Shown here: positions 53,037 to 62,287 of the stretch, one piece after another
Numbering within the stretch: position 1 is the stretch's first letter
Layout of the letters: every line of letters starts with the position of its first letter
Assembly (NCBI GenBank): GCA_047601445.1
Contig: JASGJH010000001.1
Span: 6,528,001-6,592,000, forward strand
Direction: 5' to 3'
DNA: 64,000 nt
Origin: Myxococcales bacterium
GTDB lineage: Bacteria > Myxococcota_A > Polyangia > Polyangiales > DASUME01
Notes under the pieces: generated by a model
Database searches by the model: none
Told to the model about the DNA's origin: nothing
The model's input: the letters and a program-made list of their open reading frames with translations, nothing else
Program-made: the position numbers and the translations under genes

Positions 53037-54680
53037 TTAGCGCACCTCTTTTGCGCCGTCCAAGAACGTGCGGGGCGGGTCCTGCTGCAGGTCGATCACC
53101 ATGCGCGCATCGCCCTTGGTGGGCAGTTCCACCGACAGGGAACGACTGCGTCCGAGCGGCGGGCAGCTCAGCTCCACCCGGTGCACCCCCGAGCGCAGCT
53201 TGATCTTGCGCAGGGGCGTGGTTCCGAGCGCTTTCCCATCGATGGATACGTCGGCCCAGGGCAGCGCATTGATGCTCAAGGTGCTGCGACCGCCCTGCTC
53301 GCGCGCCCCCGCGTCGGCCCCGAGGTCGGGCGTCTTCGGTGCTTCGACTACGTTGGCGGATGGCGAGGCGGTCTCCGTTGGCACGTCGGGACGTTGGGCT
53401 GGCTGCTCGACCAGGCTCGGCGCGCTGGGTTGCGGCGGGCTCGCCGTCGGCTTGGGATTGCGCTTCCAGGCCAGGACCAGGGCCGCGGCCATCGCAACCA
53501 GGGCGAGCCAGGGCCATGCCTTGAGCATCCAACGGGTGAGCGCGGGGCTGTGAGCTTGCGACGCACGCGGCTCCGGCTCGCCACTCGAGCCGACCGGCAG
53601 CGCGCGCTCGCGGATGCGTCGCGTGCCCTCGGCTTCGGCAGCGCCTTCCTGCACGGGCGGCGCCGGGGCCTTGGGGATTGGAGCCAGCCCGGAGGAGCGC
53701 ATGATCTCGGTGAGCACAGGGCTCGTGGCGATGCTTTTGGCCGGCACGCGAGCCGTGCCTTCGGAGCTCGGGGCACGCACCGTGGACGCCTCGGAATCCT
53801 CACGCGCGCTCGCCCGCTGGCCTCGCCGTTCACGCGCGAGCAACGAGGCGCGCGAGGTGCGGGCCTGCATCTCCTGCAACACGCCTTCGGGCCGAGTTTG
53901 AGCCAGGAATTCGCGCAAAGCTCGCGCCACGGCCGCCGCCTTGGGGCGTCCAGCCGGAGCTTCCGAGAGCATGGCCTGCGTCAGCTGCGCAAGCGCCGGG
54001 GGAGTCCCCGCCAAGCGGGCGAAATCGGGCGCTTGAGTGAGCGATGCCCGCAAGGTCTTGGCGAACGCGGGCGTGCCCGTCAGACACTCGAAGAGCACTG
54101 CACCCAGGGAGAAGAAGTCGCTCTCGGGCCCCAGACCCTCGCCGCGTGCTTGCTCGGGTGACATGTAGCCAGGGGAGCCGAACAGCTCTCCGCTCACCTC
54201 GCTCACGCTGGTGGCGATACCGAAATCAAGAAGCCGAGCGTGTCCGGCCTGATCCACGATAATGTTGCGCGGGGTAATGTCGCGGTGAAGGATGCCAAAG
54301 CGGCTGTGCGCGTAATCGAGCGCCTCGCAGATCTGAGCACCCAGGTGGGCCGTGAGCGCGGGCGAAAGAGGACCTTCTTCGAGCAGGCTCGCGATGGTCG
54401 CGCCCTCCACGTACTCCATCGACAGGTAGTACGTGCCCTCCGCCGCGCCGAGCTCGTAGACCTGCACGATGTGCGGATGACTCAGCGCGACCAGCGTGTT
54501 GGCCTCGCGCACGAAGAGCTCCACGAAGCGCGGGTCGCGCGCGAGCTCGGGCTTGATCTGCTTGATCACCAGCTGCTTCTCGAAACCGCCCAGACCACGC
54601 AGGCGCGCGCGAAAGACGCGCGCCATGCCGCCTTCCGCGAGTTCTTCGTCAATCAGGTAGGGGCCGAGCTGAGCGAGCAC
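53037..54680 (-). CDS. Hanks-type Ser/Thr protein kinase with TM and C-terminal PEGA domain
   Basis: GGMARV, VIK, HRDITPRN, DFG, GSPGYMSPE motifs, then TM and PWADVSIDG..G.TP. Start uncertain (54680 or 54734). Confidence 0.92.
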   Translation of the reverse strand: MLAQLGPYLIDEELAEGGMARVFRARLRGLGGFEKQLVIKQIKPELARDPRFVELFVREANTLVALSHPHIVQVYELGAAEGTYYLSMEYVEGATIASLLEEGPLSPALTAHLGAQICEALDYAHSRFGILHRDITPRNIIVDQAGHARLLDFGIATSVSEVSGELFGSPGYMSPEQARGEGLGPESDFFSLGAVLFECLTGTPAFAKTLRASLTQAPDFARLAGTPPALAQLTQAMLSEAPAGRPKAAAVARALREFLAQTRPEGVLQEMQARTSRASLLARERRGQRASAREDSEASTVRAPSSEGTARVPAKSIATSPVLTEIMRSSGLAPIPKAPAPPVQEGAAEAEGTRRIRERALPVGSSGEPEPRASQAHSPALTRWMLKAWPWLALVAMAAALVLAWKRNPKPTASPPQPSAPSLVEQPAQRPDVPTETASPSANVVEAPKTPDLGADAGAREQGGRSTLSINALPWADVSIDGKALGTTPLRKIKLRSGVHRVELSCPPLGRSRSLSVELPTKGDARMVIDLQQDPPRTFLDGAKEVR

Positions 54681-54698
54681 GAGATCAGGGGCCCGAGC

Positions 54699-56580
54699 AT
54701 ATCGCGTCCCGAGCGAAGCGCGCGAACAAGCCATCCCAATCAGGGGCGGGCGCGCCGCGGGCGCTTCGCGCGGGCCTCGGCCCTCGGTCTCATCCTGGCC
54801 GCCTGCGCGTGCCGCGGAACCGAACAGCACACCCATTCGAGCGAAGTCGCGCTGCGCTACCTGCCCGGGTGCGCCCCCGACGTACTCGATCAATTCACCG
54901 TCGAAGCCCTGGGTGATTTCCCAGCCAGTGACGGCACCATCGTTTCCTTCGACGCCCGTGACGGGACGGGCACGCTGAGCGATCTCCCGGTGGACGCTCG
55001 CTTGTTTCGCATCCAGCTGACTACCCCCACCTACGCGGGCGCCGCGATTGCCCAGGTCGCCGACGGCTCCGCGTCCGCCCCCTCCGTGGTCCTGCCCACG
55101 GGCCTCGCCTGTCAGGTGCCGAGCTTGGCGCCGCCGCCGCTTACGGCTGCGGCCGTGGCCGTGAGTGCGAACGGCGAGGTCTTGATCGCCGGCGGTCTCG
55201 AGGGCGATCTGGTGGGCTCGAATCAGAATCGTTCGTCTCAGCGTGGAAGACCGACTCTCCGAGCGCCTCGCCGAAGGTCTGTTCGTGCCGCGCGCCGGCG
55301 GCTACGCCGTGAGCCCCACCGGGATCACCAACGAGACCTGGATCATCGGTGGCGCACCGAGCCTCGCGCCCGGCACTTTGGCCCTCAATTCCTTCGAGCG
55401 CATCGACCAGGGTACGCGCGAAGTGCTCGGCCTCGGTCGCCTGCGCGTTCCTCGCGTGCACGCTCGCGCGCTCGCGTTGCCCGACGGGTCCGTGCTGGTG
55501 GCAGGCGGTGAGAGCAGCGTAGGGAGTGCCGGCACGCTCACCACGCTCGAGCGAGTCGCTGCGGGCAGCGTCGAGAGCCAACTCGAGGCCTCGCTGCCCT
55601 GGTCGGGTTCGTTGGACGCCATGCTCCTGCGGGACGATGGGGTCGTGGTGTTGGCAGGACGTGCTGGTGTCGAGCTCCGCCTCGCCCTCTTCGATCCCAA
55701 GTCGCAGCAGGTGGCGAGCCTCTCACCACCTTCCGCGACCTGGGATCCGAACCTGGTGGTCACTCTGCCGGGCGCTCGCATCGCACTCATCGAGACGGCG
55801 CCCGACGCGCTCACGGGTGAGCTCCACACCACAGGCGCGCTCTGGCTCTTGCTGCCCGACGGCAGCCAGCTGCACCTCGACCATTGGTTCTCTTCCTTCA
55901 GCGACCTCACCAACGTCCGCACGGCGACCCTCGATGACGGCCGCATCCTCCTCAGTGGCTCGTCCTCCGCGGGAGCCTTCAGCGCGCGCGTGATCGATCC
56001 TGGGCGTTCCGACGTTCGCCCACGTCCACTCGCGGCCCTGCCCGCCCAGCTCCTCGCGCGCAACGATGGCAGCATCGTCATGTTGGCCGACAACGCCGTC
56101 GCGCTCCTGCGCGAGTCCGCCCGTACACCCTACGACAACCCTGGCGGTACCCTGCTCGCCGACGACACCGCCGACACCAGCGTGCTCGCGCTCGACGCGC
56201 CTCAACGCTTTCGTCGCGAGGGTGTGGCCTTGGTCTCTACCGCCGCGCTCGCACGCTTCGACGTCGCGCTCCTGCGCTACGACGACGTGCGCGTGGACGT
56301 GCGCGCTAGCGGACCGACCGAGCTCTTGTTGCGGCGTGCCGATGGCGCCGAGAGCTCGATCGAACTGGGCAGCGAGCGCGTGGGCCCCGCCCTGTGCAGT
56401 CTCGACAGCGATCCGAGCCAGGTCGTACGCCTGGAACGCCAGGGCGAGAGCTTGCGCATCCGCACCGCGCGCGCCGAGCGCACCTGCCAGCTTGCTGGTC
56501 TGACGGGAGCCATATCTGTGGCCGTACGCGCCCTCGAGCCCGACGTGCGCATCGATGATCTCGAGGTCACGCGCTTCTGA
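54699..56580 (+). CDS. Kelch/beta-propeller-like lipoprotein (1-bp frameshift at about 55227; start codon unresolved)
   Basis: Lipobox-like LAACAC, repeated L.DG.VL.AGG motifs. Removing one A from CAGAATC joins the 54240 and 55243 frames. Confidence 0.7.
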
Positions 56581-56585
56581 GCAGG

Positions 56586-57536
56586 TCAGTTCGCGTCGCT
56601 CAGTCGCTTGGCCTCGCCCTTCTCGATACGCAGCGCCTGCACGGGTCCGCCGTAGTGTCGCGAGAGCCCCACGTCGATGCGCCACACACGACCGTCGCAA
56701 GCTGCGTTCACGCCCTCGGGCTGCACCGTGTGTCCCACGACCATGCGCTTGGCCCCCAGCGCCCCGAGCACTTGTCCGAGCTCTTCACAAGCGGGCGTGG
56801 GCACACCGGAGTAGACGCGCGTCCATACCGGCCCATCCTCCGCCATCACCACCGGGGACAGATCTGGCCGCTGCCCTAGCAGGAATGCCCTCACCTCATC
56901 GTTCATCCGCTTGAGCCCATAGCGCACGTGCTTCATCAGCACCCCGCCGTGAGCGAACACCGTGTCGCCTACCTGCACCACCACGGGCCGGTCCGCGAGC
57001 ATGCGCGCGTAGGGACCGCCCGGCCGAAACGCCTCCAGGCGACCCCCAGCGCTATCGAAGGCCGCCACGCTGCCCGGCGTCACATAGCGAAAGTCCTGCA
57101 CCACGTTCATCAGCTCGTGATTGCCCGACATGGCGATCACCGCTCCGCCCGCCGCGTTGGCCTCGCCCTTCAAGCGCTCCATCAAATCGAGCACCGCACG
57201 ATCGTCATCACCACGGTCGATTTCATCGCCCGTCTGCACCACCACCAGCTTGCCGCCGCGCCAGTGGTCGCTCTCGTCGATGGCGCCCGCTAGCCGCAAT
57301 ACCTTGCGAGTCTGCTCGAGGTCTCCGTGCAGATCACCGATGGCCACCAGCGAGCTCGCCTGCGGGAGACTCACGAAGCTCCCCTTGGCCCCCCCGCTGT
57401 CGGTCGGCCTCTGCTTGGGGAGCGCTTGGGGCTCCTCGGTGCGCGTTCGCGTCGGGGCTTCCTGCGGCGCCTGAGCCGGCGCTTGGCAAGAGACCAAGAA
57501 GAACGAGAACGTGAGGAGTCGACCCAGTGATCTCAT
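56586..57536 (-). CDS. Shewanella-like (Shelph) metallophosphoesterase, lipoprotein
   Basis: GDLHG, GD.IDRG, GNHE, HGG, GP.W.R, VVGHT and IDVG motifs; lipobox LVSC. Confidence 0.9.
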   Translation of the reverse strand: MRSLGRLLTFSFFLVSCQAPAQAPQEAPTRTRTEEPQALPKQRPTDSGGAKGSFVSLPQASSLVAIGDLHGDLEQTRKVLRLAGAIDESDHWRGGKLVVVQTGDEIDRGDDDRAVLDLMERLKGEANAAGGAVIAMSGNHELMNVVQDFRYVTPGSVAAFDSAGGRLEAFRPGGPYARMLADRPVVVQVGDTVFAHGGVLMKHVRYGLKRMNDEVRAFLLGQRPDLSPVVMAEDGPVWTRVYSGVPTPACEELGQVLGALGAKRMVVGHTVQPEGVNAACDGRVWRIDVGLSRHYGGPVQALRIEKGEAKRLSDAN

Positions 57537-57627
57537 GGCGTGGCAGCGTACTCGCGGGCTGCCTGCGGGCCAGGATTTCGTCGGCTGCCATTGACGGACG
57601 CGGACATCCAAGTCGGTGACGCGTTGA

Positions 57628-58392
57628 TCAGCGCGTGTGCGCGATCCTGGACTCGTTGACCAGCACCACGTCGAGGTCGTTGTCCGCAGTGTTGCGGTTG
57701 AGGGCCGGGGGCAGGTCCGAGAACAGGCGTGCGACCCGGCTTTCGCGCCACAGCCGGTCGATGATCGTCGCCATCCCCGCCATCTCGGTTCCCTTGGCCT
57801 TGTCCCGTTGGATCACGATCACGTCCGAGGGGATGCCGTAGGCTTCATGGCCTCGCCGCAGGGGAACCGCCCCGAAGCGGTAGCCGAGTTCCTGCGTGCT
57901 CCGATCATTGCGCGTGATGGCGACCATCACGGCAGCGCTGGTGCTCAAGAACCGGTTGATCGCGATGCCGGCCAACACCTCGGACATGAACGGCCCAACC
58001 TTGTTGCGTCGCCAATCCGGATGAACAGTCATCTGTCCGAGGCTCATGACCTGCTCGTACCCTTGGTCGAGTAGCAGCTTCAAGACCTCGCTCGGAAAAT
58101 GGCGGAAGTACGACAGGTCGCGGTGTGCCTTGAGCCGCAAGTCGCGAAAGTCGAACATCTGCAGTGCAACGACTTGATCTCCCATGAAAATGGCGCTCAC
58201 CTCGCGCTGGGTGAGGAACATGTCGCTTTGCAAGTTGATGTCGGCCTGCACTTCCGAGAACGTGGAGCGCCACATCTCGAGCCAGAACGAATAAGCCTTG
58301 TCGTAATCCTCCTCCGTGCCCCGCCCAGGCCCCCGCGCCTTGAGCAAGACGTGACGCAGCGACTGCACCGTCTGTTTGTCGATCGTCTGCAT
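57628..58392 (-). CDS. Hypothetical GNAT-fold protein (acyl-amide synthase / LuxI-FeeM-like candidate)
   Basis: Strong RBS AGGGAGG; motif-A-like LGQMTVHPDWRR and motif-B-like AITRND..QELGYRFG. Confidence 0.7.
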   Translation of the reverse strand: MQTIDKQTVQSLRHVLLKARGPGRGTEEDYDKAYSFWLEMWRSTFSEVQADINLQSDMFLTQREVSAIFMGDQVVALQMFDFRDLRLKAHRDLSYFRHFPSEVLKLLLDQGYEQVMSLGQMTVHPDWRRNKVGPFMSEVLAGIAINRFLSTSAAVMVAITRNDRSTQELGYRFGAVPLRRGHEAYGIPSDVIVIQRDKAKGTEMAGMATIIDRLWRESRVARLFSDLPPALNRNTADNDLDVVLVNESRIAHTR

Positions 58393-59661
58393 GTGTCTAC
58401 CTCCCTTTGTCGATGTGACGTCGTTGCCGACTATTTCCCCCACGAATAACTTCTGAGACGAACTGAAGATCGCGCATGAATTGCAGTGGAGCTCTGACTC
58501 GCGAGCGCTCTGCGCCGACGAACCCGAGAAGCTGCGACTCGGGCCGCTGCTTCGAAGATGGCTTCAGCGCTGGCGCCCTCACCGCGCGCGCACGAGCCCA
58601 GCCCACGCGATGCGCCTCGAGCCCCGTCGGGCGATTCGCGGAGCGCCGTGCGGCGCGAGCATCGAAAGCTTTGACCCGACGCTGGGGCCATCCGCAGGTC
58701 CTGGCAGGCCGGCCCAGGCGAGAAAAGTTGATCCAAGCGGACGGCGCGTCCTCCAGCTGATCTCGAATGTCGTTCGACGATGCCCAGATGGGCATCCGGC
58801 GCGCCAACAACGGGCCTCATTTGGTTATTCGAGGCGTCCACGAATCGGAGCGGACGGCGAATCTCTGAATCTTCGTGCAGCCAAATGCCGCCAAATCCAG
58901 CTTCGGAGTCAGACGCGCCTGTTTGCATTGACCATATTCTGTCAGTGCAGGCGTTTTTGCTTCCAGCGGTAAAATTCTTTACCTGCTGTAGCCGGTCCTC
59001 GCGAGAGGACAATTTCGTTGTGTTCGGGAGCGTTTGCTGAATTTCAAGGCAGTGACTCAAACGGGCAGCGCGCAATGGCAATTGTGTCCTCAGGCGCAAA
59101 GCCTCCCGGCAGGGACCGCAAACAAACCTGCTCCTCCCGACTCGGAGCGGCTCGCGATTGACGTGCAACATCCATCCTCCACTCGCGAGTTTCCTGACGT
59201 TCGCGATCGCGCGCGGTCGAGCACTCCCGATTGGCGAGCGAGCGCCCGCGGGTCAACGCGCTTTCCGCCCTGAGTCCGCGCTCTGAGAGTTCGTCCCCAG
59301 CAGCGGAGTTATTGCGGCGCCTGATGGGGCGGTGGCGTTGCTCGACCACGCTGGGTCTCCCCAAGTCAGCACTGTGATTCGCAGTGCAACCTGTAGTGCG
59401 GCGCGGGCCCAATCGTTTGCGCGTCCAGCAAACTTGCTTGCGTTCTCGCGTGTGACGACCGGCAAGCACCATGTGAAGCAGCTCGCCCCTACTCGTGAGA
59501 ATGTGCCTTCCAGGGATGGTGTGCAGCCATGCTTTGCGGGCGATCGGGTGAATGCTGTGTCTTGGCTTACGACGACGCCCTACTCATTCAGGTCGCGCGC
59601 GCCCGCACGCTCGTGGACTTTCGCTACCCCGCTCGCGAGGCGCTTGATACAATGTGGGGAG

Positions 59662-60720
59662 ATGGACGCCGTTCGGGAGCAGCAGCACCGCCCTCTCGCA
59701 GCCTACCAAGGTTTCGTCCGGTCGCAGTTGAGCCGGTTTGGGGCGTCACACAGTGATTTGGAAGACCTCATCCAAGAGGTCTGGCTCATCGCGATCGCAC
59801 GTTCTCCGCGGTTCACCGAAGACCGCGCCATTCGCGCATGGCTCAGCGAGGTCTGTCGACGCGTCGTTGCTGGGGCTCGCAGGTCGCGAACGCGCACTCC
59901 GCTCTTGCCCGGCGACGCGCCGGAGTTGTCGGTCGAACCGGAGCAGGTGGAGCACATCGAAGTCGAACTCGACGAGCAGATGTGCATGGCTGCACTCGCC
60001 AGGTTGGATGAGCGCCAGCTCGACGTTCTTACTCTCTACGGCGGCGGTGACCTCTCGATGCGCGAAGTCGCCGAGCTGGTCGGTGAGCCCGAGCGAACCG
60101 TGTACTCACGCTATCGTTCGGCAATCAGCGAGCTCACGCGCGACTTGCGGCGCAACGAGCGCACGAAGCCCCGCTCGAGCCTGCCACCACCGTTTCCTCT
60201 CAGCGATACGCTGAACATCTCGGGAGACAGCGAGATCTGGGCCGATCAAGGGCGCTTGGCGATCTACCGCTCCGATGAACGAATGGTGCTGGGCCGTCTG
60301 GGCAACGTCGTCGTCGCCCGTTGGCGCAAACGAGCGTACGAAGACTCCTCGCTGGCGATCGGCCGTGCGATCGGAGAGGCTCACAAACGCATGGGAGGCC
60401 TGGTGGTGCTATTGAACCACGTCGAGCCCGAGATGCGCCTGCTCAATGCGTCTGAGCGGAGCTACATGCGCGAGCTGATCCGGGTGAGTTCCCCGCAGTT
60501 GGCAGTGGTCGTCGACGTTTGCAACACGCCGATTGTGCGCATCGGTGGTGCAATCATGCAGGCACTCATGCTGATCACTCGGTCCACGACTTCGTTCGTG
60601 GTGGTTCCGACGCTCGAGCAGACGCGTCGGCATGTGACGCCGCATGCGTTCTGCACCGCGGGGCCTTTGAGCTTCGAACAAGTCGCGCACGCCATGCAGA
60701 CGCTTCGCTCGCAGCCTTAG
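59662..60720 (+). CDS. ECF sigma factor with C-terminal STAS/SEC14-like extension
   Basis: Region 2 DLEDLIQEVW..RAWL..VCRR; region 4 L.E.Q..V..L...LSMREVAE.VG.PE.TV.SR; about 160 extra C-terminal residues. Confidence 0.85.
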   Translation: MDAVREQQHRPLAAYQGFVRSQLSRFGASHSDLEDLIQEVWLIAIARSPRFTEDRAIRAWLSEVCRRVVAGARRSRTRTPLLPGDAPELSVEPEQVEHIEVELDEQMCMAALARLDERQLDVLTLYGGGDLSMREVAELVGEPERTVYSRYRSAISELTRDLRRNERTKPRSSLPPPFPLSDTLNISGDSEIWADQGRLAIYRSDERMVLGRLGNVVVARWRKRAYEDSSLAIGRAIGEAHKRMGGLVVLLNHVEPEMRLLNASERSYMRELIRVSSPQLAVVVDVCNTPIVRIGGAIMQALMLITRSTTSFVVVPTLEQTRRHVTPHAFCTAGPLSFEQVAHAMQTLRSQP

Positions 60721-60990
60721 CGATTCCTTGGGCTCGGCAGCGAGCACAAACGCGAGGATCGGCATCGCGCGGCCTGGGAGCCCGACGGCCAGAATGGCGT
60801 CATTGCGCAGGCCGGTTTGTAAGCTGGCCCCGGTTTGTCGCGCCGCCGGGGGTGAATCAAAGAGTTTTCTGCAGCCTCGTCAACGCCGCTTGCAGATTGA
60901 AGAATTCGTCGTCTTCTGGAGCTCACTGTTCCAGCATCGGCACATTTTTCCTGTGGAACGAAAACGAGTCGCTTTGACACGATATGGCCA

Positions 60991-62172
60991 ATGGAAACAA
61001 AAAAAGTCATTCCCGAGACCCTTCAAGGAGGCATTTGGCTGATCGGAAGCCCAGTTGAAGCGAACGGTGAGGTCGCCTCCTGGGCAGAAAATGGCCAAAC
61101 GAGGTCAAGCGTTTGGGTGCGGCACGCGGTGGAGAGCCGCTTCGGCCGAAACGCCCATCTTTCGCCGGGCGCGCTCCGCAACTCCCTCGCAATCGAGGCG
61201 GTATGGCTCGCCGATGGCGCGAGCGAAGAGGAGCTCGCCCCCGCCTTGTATCGCGCGCTGCAGATCGGGCGCATCCGCGATCTGAACACCGTGGTGGCCC
61301 ACCTTTCGGGGGTGGAGTCTGCGGTCGCTCGCGTGCTCCGACTAGCAGAGCTCAGCGCTGCGAGTGAGGTTCGGGAGGGGCGCGAGTTCGTGGCCATGGC
61401 GCAGATGCTGGACGTCGCAATCTTCGAGGCGGCCCGTCGCTGTAGCCCGGCCGCGTGGCAAGAAGTCCGCAAGGGATTGGCCCTGGAGGCGATGGAGATG
61501 GTGCGGCACTGGCTGCCACGATTCTATGGGGGCAGTTTTACCCGTTCGGTCCTCGATAAGACCATGACCCGCGAGCAGTACATCCAGACGCTGTCCAATG
61601 CCCATCACTACGTTCGCCAGACGACGCAGCACTTGGGGCGCGCGGTCGCCAATGCGAACGATCGCGACATGCGCCGCCACCTCATCCATCACCTCAACGG
61701 GGAGATCAACCACGAGGTGATGATCGAGAACGACCTACGGCACCTCGGCGTGGACCCCGAGTACGTAACCCGTCACCGCATGCCCAACTGGAAAACCAAG
61801 GCGTTCATGGCGGTGCAGGAGGCTGCGGTGGGCTTCTACCACGATCCGCTGATGCTCATGGCCTGTGCGTTGGCAGGCGAGGCGGTCGCGGCCCACATGC
61901 CGAGCGAGTTCTTGCCCTGCCTGCGTGAGCTGGTCGTTTCGTGGGGCGTGCAACGACCAGAAAGAGCGGTCTCGTTCATCGCGTCCCACACGCACGTGGA
62001 CGGAGGCGAGGCTGGTCACTGGCAGGCGACGGCCGATATCCTCGGAAACTACCTGGTCGACGAGGCGACACAGCGGCGCTTCCTGTGTACCGTGCGCGCC
62101 ACCGCCGAGTCTTTCGAGCGACTGGCCAACTCCAATATCGACGAGCTGCCGCTCTTCGCGCGGGTCTCTTGA
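60991..62172 (+). CDS. Heme-oxygenase-like diiron oxidase (iron-containing redox enzyme) with an extra N-terminal domain
   Basis: Helical C-terminal domain with HHLNGEINH..IENDL..LG, AGE and SFIASH...D....GH ligand pattern. Confidence 0.75.
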   Translation: METKKVIPETLQGGIWLIGSPVEANGEVASWAENGQTRSSVWVRHAVESRFGRNAHLSPGALRNSLAIEAVWLADGASEEELAPALYRALQIGRIRDLNTVVAHLSGVESAVARVLRLAELSAASEVREGREFVAMAQMLDVAIFEAARRCSPAAWQEVRKGLALEAMEMVRHWLPRFYGGSFTRSVLDKTMTREQYIQTLSNAHHYVRQTTQHLGRAVANANDRDMRRHLIHHLNGEINHEVMIENDLRHLGVDPEYVTRHRMPNWKTKAFMAVQEAAVGFYHDPLMLMACALAGEAVAAHMPSEFLPCLRELVVSWGVQRPERAVSFIASHTHVDGGEAGHWQATADILGNYLVDEATQRRFLCTVRATAESFERLANSNIDELPLFARVS

Positions 62173-62287
62173 AATTGGGGGCACAAGGTCACTCGGCGGC
62201 TCAGCGGATGGCGAGCTTGTGGTTCGCCCCCCGGCACCCACAAGCTCGCCATCGCTCGAGCCCGCATGCTAGCGACCGAAAAACCGA

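Noticed and set aside
36127..56580. Calling the frameshifted genes pseudogenes
   Set aside because: Single-base lesions in a shared context, with otherwise intact frames, fit sequencing error better.
59077..59110. GGCAA...GGCGCAAAGCCTCCCGG resembling the c-di-GMP-I (GEMM) riboswitch core
   Set aside because: The GNRA-capped stem and the downstream CUAA receptor are missing. A cmsearch with the c-di-GMP-I model would settle it.
58431..59472. ORFs inside the long intergenic region (58431-59171, 58481-58972, 59044-59472)
   Set aside because: Arg/Ser/Ala-rich, no motifs or clear RBS; treated as non-coding, though a small peptide cannot be excluded.
60938..60953. Possible sigma54 promoter upstream of the HDO gene (CGGCAC...)
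   Set aside because: No GC at the required -12 position.
58878..61041. 12-bp inverted match CAGCCAAATGCC (58878-58889 and 61030-61041)
   Set aside because: About what chance gives over several kb; no recombinase and no longer homology.
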